From positions 994,019-1,058,018 of the forward strand of contig WELB01000011.1 of the NCBI GenBank assembly GCA_009602725.1: a stretch of 64,000 nucleotides of DNA, written 5' to 3'. Below, piece after piece: positions 40,876 through 51,072 of this stretch. A program made the position numbers and the translations under genes. Numbering within the stretch: position 1 is the stretch's first letter; every line of letters starts with the position of its first letter. The notes under the pieces were generated by a model that was given only the letters and a program-made list of their open reading frames with translations, was not told the origin of the DNA and ran no database searches. This stretch comes from Spirogloea muscicola (lineage: Eukaryota).

Positions 40876-41690
40876 CTCAGACCTTGTCCATTCTTTTGGG
40901 CTGGCCTTTCCCAGCCACCAGTCAATCTGGCCGCGCTTTCTTCTTTATTGCTCAGACCTTGTCCATTCTTTTGGGCTGGCCTTTCCCAGCCACCAGTCAA
41001 TCTGGCCGCGCTTTCTCTATTGCCGCCATTGCATAGCTGCTTTGTTTCTTTGTGTGCTTGTTTTTCTTAGCGCTTCCCCTGGCCCCCTTCCCGTCCTTTG
41101 TTGATTTCTTTTGGGCTGGCTTTTCCAGCCCCTGTTCTCAATGGGTGAGCACTATCTTCTTACTGCCGCCATTGCGAAGTGGTCTTCCCTCCATTGCCTG
41201 GCACTGCATGTTGATGCCCGTCGACATAGTCGGGCGGATAGCTTAGGCAATTCCAGCGTCCCGCAAGCCATCATTGCATGCTATAGAGTGCGACTATCGT
41301 TGAGTCTGCAGCGACTCAGCCACTCGCGAGTCACCAGCGTGCTGGTCGTGCATTAGCCCAGGCTAGTGGCTTCCGTGGTGGTGGTTTGGCTCCTCAGTAT
41401 AGCTTGTCAGATATGCATGTGCTCACTCGGGGATATCAGTGTCCCCCTTAGCAGCGCATTACCCAGTTAACAGGACACTTGTAAGGCTAGTATTGGCCTC
41501 CCTTTTCAATACCATGCGCACGGCGCGCCTTCTATCTATTGCCCCCAATTCAGTCCTCCTGCAGCTCCTACTCAGAAGTTACCAAGTGTTTATCCTATCG
41601 GGAAAGCATTGCAATGCGCTTTTATGTCCCTTCGGACCTTGTCATCCTTTTCGGGCTGGCTGTTCACAGTCTTCGCCCCCCTTGAGAGAG
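40876..41690 (+). mobile_element. Cluster of CRE-like 3'-end fragments, including a 75-bp tandem duplication
   Basis: CTCAGACCTTGTCCATTCTTTTGGGCTGGCCTTTCCCAGCC... occurs at 40876 and 40951. 41033-41160 is near-identical to 47439-47565. Family-B end at ~41514. Confidence 0.75.
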
Positions 41691-41902
41691 CCACTTCCTT
41701 GCTTGTTGTCCACCTCAGCTCTCGGTGGGGCGACCAGTCAGTCGCTTCGCAGAAGCAGAAGCTGAAGCAGGGGCAGAAGGGCCTGCAGAAGCAGGTGCGG
41801 AAATACCTCGCCGGCTGCCCACCACACGCGGGCTGCGTGTGGGTTGCAGTGTGCGGGAGGAGGAGGCTTGCTCGCAATCTCTAGCTCCCGGTTGGCGCAG
41901 CC

Positions 41903-43746
41903 CTAGATCCCGTCCCCAGCACTCTGCTCCCTAAATTTCTGGCTGGTCTCTGCGTACTTGCCGCCCATGAGGTCGAGAACCCTCAGCCAGAGGTCCGCAA
42001 CAGAGGCCTCCAGAAGCAGGTCGGTGCTGCAGGCTGCGACGTGCCACCAGCCCAATGCAACCTCCTTCCTCAGCTGGACAACATCCCACCCGGAGTAGCC
42101 AAAAAAGAACCTGTCACAGCACAGCACAAGCAGAGCTTCAGCTTCTTTTCTCCATAAGCATAACATGATGTTGCAGATGTCGACCTACTGAATTAAAGCA
42201 TATGAGGGGGACCTGCCCGACTCGTAGCTGAAGAGATTCAATAATGCCAGGACGTATTGGCCATTATGCCAGGTACCTGAAAGAAGCAGACTTCGCAAGG
42301 CCATTGTTGATGAGTGACGTGGCGGCACCTAGGCCTGCTCCTCCACCGTGGTAGATTCCGGGCAGCAGTTGCTCATATCCTTGTATGCCCTCCTCTCCAT
42401 GGAGCACTAAGAACCTGACAGGAATGTCAGCAAGCTGATGTACACTCAGCACTTAGCATGTGATGGGAGTCAATCTGCAGCCGAAGTTAAGCTCTTTAAC
42501 TATACTTTACTTAATTTTATGAGCATAGAGGAATCGCAGGACCTGTCCGACTGGAGTGGCCCTCCCACATTAACGTGGCAGGAGCCGAAGGTTCGGACGA
42601 TCATGGGATCCATGCCGTCGATGTCGCGGATGTGGAAGGGCAGCTGCTTGTTCAGGATGACTCCGTAGGGCGTGTCGTCGACATCACCGTGGAGCATCAG
42701 CACCACAGTCTGCTCGAAGAAGGGGTACCCGTGGAGTTTTTCTGAAGCCACGAGGATGCAGCCTGGCTCGGGCTGCAGGATGGGGTGCGCCCAGGGCCCC
42801 TCAGAAGAAGGTTGGTGCCTGAAGATTCGGAGCTTAGGCGTCAGCGAGCAGCTCTTCCATGAGGAGTAACGCAAGGCCAAAGTGCAGCTATGCAAGGACG
42901 AGGTGCAGCAGGCTACAGGTTAAGAGGAGTCTGCTTCCTCGAGTTGCCGGGACCAGCAGCCATCTTCAGATTTGCCAGTAGCCTCGAAATCAGAACCTCT
43001 ATGAGGCGAGCTCATGTCGCCCATGTCTGCATAGGGAGCAGTGACAGCAGTAAGCAGACCTCCGGTCGGCACTACCGGAGCTGGATGCAGTTGGCGTCCT
43101 CTCGCCTCCCCCCTGCTCGCGTGCCACCAGCCGTGCCCGGAAAGCTCGCCAGTCTGCCTGCGGCAGCTCGTCACCCTCGGCCGCGCCCGCCGCCTCCCCC
43201 TGCCGGCTGTCTACGTCGCCCCCCTCGGGTGGTGGCGTCTGACCCCAGCCGCCGTCGGAGGCAGCCCTGCAGGCCCTGCGCCCTTGGCCGATGCCTGCAG
43301 GCAGTTGTGGTGTACCAATTGTGAGGCCACCGCTATGGTCTGAAGTATGAGACCGCGACCGCAGACCGGTACTTGGCAACCCCATCAAGCAGGCCAGCAA
43401 TGGCCGGTCTGCCGTGAGTTCTGCGGACGCAGCAAGACGTGGGGTGCGGCGCTCTCAGCCCCGGGCTCCAAGATTGACGAGCTCCAAGAAGAGGGTTCAC
43501 TGCCGGCGAGCAGCCATGCAGCGGGAATTGTAAGAGCCGCGGCACAGGTACCAGAACTCTCGCGCCGCCGAGAGCCCCGAGTCGCGCCGGAGGAGCAGAG
43601 GTCCCTTCGCTGGAGCTGGCCACGGCCGACGCGGCCGATGGGCACTACGGCAGAGGGGGCGCGCCGGGCACCTGCGGCCGGCGCCGGCGGCAGCGCGCCG
43701 GCTNTGCCGGCCGGCGCGGCGCTCACCCGGGCGAGGCGGCCATCAT
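41903..43746 (-). CDS. DUF179 / UPF0301 (YqgE/AlgH-like) protein; start uncertain
   Basis: ADWRAFRARLVARE, WAHPILQPEPGCILVASEKL, FEQTVVLML, PYGVILNK, VGGPL, FLVLHG, FFFGYSGWDVVQLRKEVALGWWHVAACS, LWLRVLDLMGGKYA. Confidence 0.88.
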
Positions 43747-43921
43747 GGCGGCGGCTGCGGCGCCCGCCGGAGGCGGCGGAGCTTGCTGGCGGCGGTCGGC
43801 GGTTGGAGGAACAGATGACGAGATGTTGGGGAGATGGCATAAGTCTTGCCGCTAGCCGCTTTCCGCCACGCGCTCCGGCTGCGTCGGCGGCTGCGGCGGC
43901 GGCGGCGGCTGCGGTGGCGGC

Positions 43922-45392
43922 ATGGACGCCTTGCTTGCCAGCTACGGCGCGGACGACGACGACGACGATGTTGGGGCGGAGGAGCCGCGGCAGAGCACGG
44001 CGGCGGCGGGAGGCGCCACTGCCGCCACGGCGGCCCCTGCGGCTGGCAACGTCGCGCCTTTGGCGACGCCGCGCCCCCGGCCGTCGCTGTTTGCCTCCCT
44101 GCCGCCGCCGGCCTCCGCGGCCATGGCGGCGGCGAGGTCGTCCGCCCCGCTGGCCGGGCGGCACGGCGCCGAGGCTCTGGAGCAGCCTCAGGCCCGAACG
44201 GCCGTCTCCGGCCCCGCCAGGCCCTCCCTCTTTGGCGTCCTGCCGCCGCCACGGCAGGCTGCGCCGCAGGTCTCGCAGAAGCGCAAGGTGGTACCCTTCC
44301 GGCCGCCTGGCAGCGCGGCTGAACCTCTGGCTGGTAACGACGAGGACGATGGCTGGCGGCCCGGGAAGCACCCTCGAGAGCAGCCTCCAGCACCGGCAGC
44401 GGAAGCGCCTGCCGTCGAGAGAAGCTCGGCGAAGACGGGCCTCGCCGCGCTCCTCCCGGCGCCGAAGCACAGCCTGGGCGTCGGCAGTGCTCTCGGCGGC
44501 GGGGCGGTGCCCGGCAGCCGGCGCACAGTCATGGAGAGCAGCTCGGCTGCCCACCCAGAGGTGCTGCTGGAGGGAAGGCCGCTGCCGCCAGGTCAGGCTG
44601 CCGTGCTCGCGACGGCCCAAGGCCCGGCAGACTTGGCACATACGAGGGTGCTGCCAGGGCACATGTCACCTGCGCAACATTGTGATGGGTCTTCAAGCTA
44701 CCAGGCTGGCGCACCTCGCGAAACCGTGCAGCCGCCTCGAGAAGGCCAGTATGCGGAAGCAGGAGAACAACCTTCCGGCCCAGCACAGAATGAACCCCAA
44801 GCTCACTACCCGCCAGAGGTGTACGCGCAATACCATGGTGGAGCCGTGGGTCAAGCGCAGGACTTTGATCTGGGGCCTTCACCTTCGGATCCTCTTCAGC
44901 AGGCGATGGCGCAGGAGAAGAGGAAAGGCAAGGACGGGCCTGCCCACATAGTGGAGGTCAAGCAGGCGGAGTTGACCAAGGTCACTCCCCGGCAAGAGCT
45001 CCAAGCTCCTGCTTATGGCCCAACATATCAGGTGAACAACTAACCGTTGATGACTTGATCTGATGAAGTTGGACTGTGAATGATGCAAAGCTGATGTGCA
45101 AGTGAAGGCTTATCATCTTTGCAAGGCATGCATGCTTGCATTCCCTTGTACTGCAGCATTGAGTCAATGTCTGTAGCTTAGCACCCTGCCGATGCCGTAT
45201 GACCTCCCACTTTGCATCCTGGTGCAGTCAATTGCCACTTCTGCAAAGGACAAGCCCAGCAAATTGCACCGCAGGAAACATCAGATTACATCACTGTATT
45301 TTGACATGCGTCAGAAGGAAATGGAGGTCGCTGAGCAAAGGGCCAGAGGTCACATGACCAAGGCCCAAACGCATGCCAAATATGGCTGGTGA
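43922..45392 (+). CDS. Proline-rich protein PRCC-like (2 exons)
   Basis: MDALLASYG-acidic N-terminus, SLFASLPPP/SLFGVLPPP/LAALLPAPK repeats, C-terminal KPSKLHRRKHQITSLYFDMRQKEME...TKAQTHAKYGW*. Confidence 0.88.
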
Positions 45393-45502
45393 TTGCAGTA
45401 TTTCTGCTGCACCTTTTTAGTGCATGCATCATCTCAAGCTCAGCCTCCTCTGTCTCCCTTTGCTAGCTTCTGGGGGCACGTGACTGGTCCAGAGATGGGC
45501 TA

Positions 45503-47234
45503 TTAATCAAGACAAGATCTAAATTTTTCTTGCGCTGCATTGAAGACGACCTGAAAAATAGCGAGACAGAAGCTCGTAAAGGCTGTGAACTGAGTTGTGT
45601 AAACATCTTGTGAGAGCAATTTTAAGACAGTGTGTGTAGTAAGAGAGGTCAGCTGCACTAGCTGTCACTAGATGTACTTGGAGATGATTCCATGGACATA
45701 TAAACGACGAAGCAGTTGTGCTGCTAAACAAGTACCTTCAGAGGAACATGATATTTCCTAGCCAATTTTGCACAGTCCTCATACTCGGGATGGGCAGTCA
45801 TCTGCACAGGAGTGATTTCTCTTAGAGACCAGTCATGCTTGCCAAGCACCTGTGCTAGAAGTCATATGGATGGGCCAGTGTCTATCAGGCATTACATAAT
45901 GGATAGGTATTTGGCACCAGCTTGCCACCAAGTGATGCAGCTTTCACGGAAACTGGTCCCCACTCTGTGTTGACAGCTACCATTGACCTTTGCAGGCTCA
46001 CTCGTTCGCACTGATTGATGCGTACACCAAGGCTAGTGGTCTCCTGCTCAAATGCATGCTGCTGAACGTTAGGCTCTGCACAAAAGTCACTGCATCAGCT
46101 AACAGCTGAGGCAAGGCTATTTGGACTTGCCTGCAGGATGATCTGCAGAAGATCATCAACCTGGCCTTTCCTACACAAAACGTTTAGTATCATTCCAGGT
46201 CGTCCTTTCTTCATCAAAGCCTGATTCATGGAAAATCTCAAATTGATCAATGCAACGGAACATGCTAATTAAACTCCTATCGACTTCTCCTCAGCAATGT
46301 GACTCTGTGAGAGTGAGCAGGGCATTTTGCTTGCTGCATTGATTGCTATTGGTCGAGCTGCAGTCACGTCCTCAAGTTGCCGTTGCTTGAAAGTCGGTGT
46401 CATCCACAATTGCATCTCACCTGTACAATCCATGCATCCAAGGCCCCAGCTGCAAGAAGCTGCTCCGTGGTGTATGCCATCTACACCTCCACAGACGAGC
46501 TTTGGTGAGTAGCATCAGAGAGTCATAATTGCTGCACATGATGATGCTCCAGTGCACTGGACGAAGTATGTCACGAAGTATGTCAATTTTAAGTTTGCGC
46601 TCTGCTTGATCAATCTCATCGACAGCAAGTATGACTAACATAATGGCCTACCTACCAGTTGAGGCGACATGTCGTCTACATTTGTCTCCAGGGTCACAAG
46701 GTGCTCCCTCACGACTCCGTCCCCCCGGTGGTCCTCCTGCACGAGCCAATCTGACCCCATGCACAAATGAGACATCAGCATGCGCGCCACGGATGCATGC
46801 AAAGTCGCTTGTGAAGACAAGACGACAAAGCTGTAACCTCTAGGCAAGGTACTAAGCCAGTGCCGCAGAGATGTATCTCACAGTAGACATACCATAGCTT
46901 ATACTCGCCCTTCTGCTTTCGCCGGCAGCCAAGGCTTGATCAAGCTGGGGAGGTGCCCTACCTCGGCTGCATGCTTGGACGCTCTTGCGTTGACCGTGCA
47001 GTCTCCATTTTTAAGGATCCTTGACGTCCGGCAATCCGAAGAGCGATATCCAGAGCCAGAAGCTGACCGCAGTCGCCGCCAGCCAGTTGCAGTCCCTCTC
47101 AAACAGTACCGCCGGCTCAAACGGTACCGCATGGAGCTGGTTTCGGCTGCAGCTCTTAGCGGCCCGACTGGCAGGCGTTTGGCGCAGCCAAGAACGGCGA
47201 GCTCCGCGGGCGATGCGACGGAGGTAGCCGCCAT
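45503..47234 (-). CDS. larC: Stand-alone LarC C-terminal (LarC2/DUF111) nickel-insertase-like domain with a plastid-transit-like leader; 7 exons, 247 aa
   Basis: Exons 47234-46962, 46736-46656, 46480-46421, 46220-46131, 46043-45918, 45801-45736, 45550-45503 (all phase 0, one GC-AG intron). Product: ...LVTLETNVDDMSPQL-MAYTTEQLLAAGALDAWIVQ-ALMKKGRPGMILNVLC...IILQ-ETTSLGVR...ERVSLQRSMVAVNTEWGPVSVK...-HPEYEDCAKLARKYHVPLK-VVF...CLD*. Confidence 0.88.
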
Positions 47235-47332
47235 GATCGGGGCCCAGCCTCTGGAGGCAGCCCTCCGCCTGCTGGCCTGCGGGCTGCGACGAGGTGATGG
47301 AGAGCGGCGTCTCGGCGGGGCTGTCTTGAGTC

Positions 47333-47670
47333 TCTGACCTGAGGCTGCTTAGCAGGAAGAGAAAGTGCTCGCCCATTGAGATTAGGGGCTGGAAAAGCCA
47401 GCCCAAAAAAATCAACAAGGGGGTTACTGAGTGATCCGTAGCTGCTTTGTTTCTTTGTGTGCTTGTTTTTCTTAGCGCTTCCCCTGGCCCCCTTCTCGTC
47501 TTTTGTTGATTCTTATATGGGCTGGCTTTTCCAGCCCCTATTCTCAATGGGCGAGCACTTTCTTTGTCGGGGAGCAGTCTCAGGGACCAGGCCCGCAGAA
47601 GCCACGTAGATTACTTTCGTGCACTTAGCGCCAGTCTTCATACCCCAATCCTCAATGGGCGAGCCCTTCT
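47333..47670. mobile_element. Family-A CRE-like 3' fragments, one inserted antisense within another, in the larC/aldolase divergent promoter
   Basis: TCTGACCTGAGGCTGCTTAGCAGG|insert 47357-~47418|GGTTACTGA, followed by a UTR and hairpin at 47518-47540. Confidence 0.75.
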
Positions 47671-47898
47671 TCTTATACAGTTGTTTGGGGACGAGAACAG
47701 TGACGAGACGAGATGAGAGACGACGAGCGGGGCAACGTCCGGCTTGGTGGCTGCGACGAGAGGAGACGAGACGAGCGGGGGCACGTCCCGCTTGGTGGCT
47801 CTGCCTTACTGTTCGACTGACTGCCCGGCAACGTGCTATTTGGACAACACCGCGGGCCGGCTCGGGTTTCGGCTGGCGGCGCGCCCCTCCCGACCGCC

Positions 47899-50578
47899 AT
47901 GGCTGGCCTCGCCAGTGCGACCAGGCTGCAGGTAAGGCAGCCATCGAGCCACCCCGTCGGCAACAGCGAGAGTCAACTCGGCTCCGCTGCTCGCTATGCA
48001 GCTTGACGATGTGTCAGGCGGAGCTCTCTGCCCTCTGACGGGCCTTCTTAAAAGGCCACGCGCACTGCATTCTGACGAGACCTTGTGTGGCAAAGACCGC
48101 AAGCATGCCATCAAGCCCCACACTCACACTCACGTAAGCTAAGCTGCAGAGCGCAGCTACTGACACTGGGAGGTGGCTTGCCCGGCCGACGCAGGATGTT
48201 GTGTCCAACGCAAGGAGGCTTGCCACCCCCGGCAAAGGCATATTGGCCAGTGACGAAACCACTGGCACGGTTGGCAAGCGGCTCAAGTCTGTAGGGCTGG
48301 AGAACACTGAAGAGAACCGTCGGGCATATCGAGAGGTCAAAGGTCCTCAGCGCCTTAGTAGTTAGCATTCATACTCACTAACTGTGAGTGCAGAGTCAGG
48401 CATTCACCTGCCGCAGCGTGACATCCGTTAATATTTCTGTACTTGCCTATGAGGACTTTCCTTCCTGCTACTGAGGCTCCAGTTTTATTGCTCACTTCAC
48501 ACAGACACTTATGTCCAGGCTAAATAGGGCTCATGCCTACTGCAGGTTCTGTACACTACTCCAGGCATAGGTGCATACCTCAATGGTGTTATTATCTTCA
48601 CAGAGACCTTGCTCCAGTCTACTAAGGCGGGGATCCCCTTTCCAGATGTGCTTCAAGGCCAGGGTATACTTGTCGGCGTCAAGGTGGACTTGGTGAGGCT
48701 CCGGTATGCTCACAAGCTCCCTTGTAATCGTGACGTACTTTGTTCTTTCTGTCCTGACATGCTCTGAGGCAATAGCTGTCTTTTCTCAAGGCGCAGCTCC
48801 ATGCCTTGTCAGGCCTCTGCTGGATAGGAGCTGAACTGTCTCAACGTCGCCAGGGTCTGGTGGCAATTGCAGGTACTGAGGGGGAAACAGTGAGCCAAGG
48901 TCTTGACGGCTTGAGCACGAGGTGCCAGCAATACTACAACAAGGTCCACTATTCCTGAGCTACAGTCCTCTCACATTGGCAAAAGGCGTGCGTCTGAGGA
49001 TAGAGTTCCTTCTGTCCTACAAGGTCATGCTTACATAGTAGCTGCCTCTTCTGACAAAAAGCTAAATCCTGCAAGTGCAGGGTGCAAGATTTGCAAAATG
49101 GAGAGAGGTTATTGCCATCAAAGAGCACTGCCCTTCCAAGCTTGCTCTCAAGCTTGCATCCAGTGCACTTGTCCGCTATGCTTCCATTTGCCAGCAGGAG
49201 GGACTGGTCCCCATTGTGAGTAGCTAATTCTCATGCCTGGAAATGTCCTGCTGCTTGTTGCTGAACGTACACTTGTGGCATTGCCTGCTTGAATGATTCT
49301 AATGTGGAGCCTTGAAACAAACAGGGCACAAGGTTTGCAATGCTGACATTTGCCGTGAAGGTTGTGGTTGGCTTGGATGACACCAATCATGGCCCACACC
49401 TAGGTCGAGGTAAGCCTTCTAGCACTTCTTGTTGCCAGTTGTACTTATGGTGTAGTGGTTTTGAAAGTCTTGACTCATGCAAGATCCTCTTGACCACTTT
49501 GTTGCAGCCGGAGATACTCATCGACGGCACTCATTCAGCTGAAAAGAGCGCGGAGGTTGCAGAACTTGTGCTCGCAGAAGTGTTCTCTGCACTTTCGTGT
49601 CATCATGTCTGCCTTGAAGGCATCCTCTTGAAGGTACTGCAATTAGCTACTGCAGTACACCTTCTAGATTTGCTGGTTGACAAGTCAACAGCAGCAGAAC
49701 TCTCTGGAAGCATTGTGGCACTCTATGACTTGACTCTGACACCACTCCGTACGTGATGAGCAGCCCCAGATGGTGCTACCAGGCTTTGACAGTGACAAGA
49801 AAGCCACACGAGAAGAGTGCGCTCAGCTCACAATAAGGACTTTACAGCGCGGCCTGCCAGTTGCTGTTCCTGGGATCATGTTCTTGTCTGGTGGTCTGTC
49901 TGAGGAGGTCAGTGGAGTGGCTCGTATATCATCTCCCAATTGTGGTACAAGCATCTGCATCCACTCGCGTTTGAGCCTGCATAGTCTCTGTTAAGTCCAT
50001 AGTGGTTGATTTGAAGTGACTCTTTGCCAACTCTGCTTGCCCTTTGCAACAGGAGGCCACGGAGCAGCTGAATGAGCTCAACGTCATCAAGAAATTAATT
50101 AGTGACAAAGTGCCCTGGACTCTATCCTTTTCGTTTGGCAGGGCACTACAGGTTTGTATGCCAACAAGCTGAGACTGGCTTAAGTAGCGCTGGGCTTTTG
50201 AATTGAGACTGGCTTAAGTTGCAGTGGGCTTTTGAATCGAGATAGTTTGCAGAGGTATTTGCTATGCATTACCTGCAAAAGGGCTGCTATTTTATGCTCA
50301 ACTTGATGCATGCACATCCTCTTCTCTTGGCACCCTTCAGAAGTGCTGACAGTGAAATTATTGCAATCCGTCTTGTGTAGGCCAGCATCTTAAGAATCTG
50401 GGCTGGGGATGCGAGCCAGGTGGAAGCAGCCCAAGCCATGGCAGGGGCACTGGCCAGGGTGAATGCAATGGCGACGCTTGGCAATTACGTAGGACCTCAC
50501 CCATCAAAGTTGACGGGAGACCTTCGGGAGAGCTTCCGGGGATGGCGAAGTGTTACAGAAGTGGCAGACAGCAAGTAA
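47899..50578 (+). CDS. FBA: Fructose-bisphosphate aldolase class I, divergent C-terminus, with a 6-nt microexon
   Basis: [81 protein letters not shown]. Start ATG at 47899 is tentative; stop at 50576-50578. Confidence 0.93.
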
Positions 50579-51072
50579 TGTGGAATCTGTCACCATTGCT
50601 TTGCTACTGTTGGGCTCCAAGACAGCAATCTGACACTTTTCATCAGCTGCTTCACGCCATCTTGTGGGTGTCGTCATGAAGAAACCAAAGCCACAGGCTC
50701 TCACATACTCGAAAGCTGCTGCCTCATCATCTGACGGCTGACTAGCAGCATAGATGACCAGCCAAAGCACGAGATACCATACCACATGTGTTGTGCTGGC
50801 AGACAGTTCTGCAGTTCATGCAGCAACTCAAAGGAGCCGATTTTGGGGACAGGGCCTAGTAACCCACTAGCACATATCTGCTTCCCCTGCAATCCCCTTC
50901 CTAAGGACATATTCAATCGTCACCAACAGATTACACAGAGAGCTTGCAAGAAGTCGCTGTGCGTCACCGCACAATCAGGCGATGATACTGCAGACAGCTC
51001 AAGCAGATGCAAGTGGAGGAGTGCTGGTGTGAGCACGCTGCAAAGGTGGAAGAGGGCCCAAGTTTGCCTCCC

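Noticed and set aside
40876..41160. Repeated hairpin motif resembling a CRISPR array, an snRNA Sm site or a Rho-independent terminator
   Set aside because: The context is eukaryotic, there are no unique regular spacers or cas genes, and the motif maps to retroelement 3' UTRs.
43347..44951. 534-aa (+) and 425-aa (-) Arg/Ala/Pro-rich ORFs overlapping the PRCC-like gene
   Set aside because: Shadow frames of very GC-rich sequence. The 43922 frame carries the recognisable motifs.
45503..47234. larC-like sequence as bacterial contamination
   Set aside because: It has six spliceosomal introns and is contiguous with plant-type nuclear genes.
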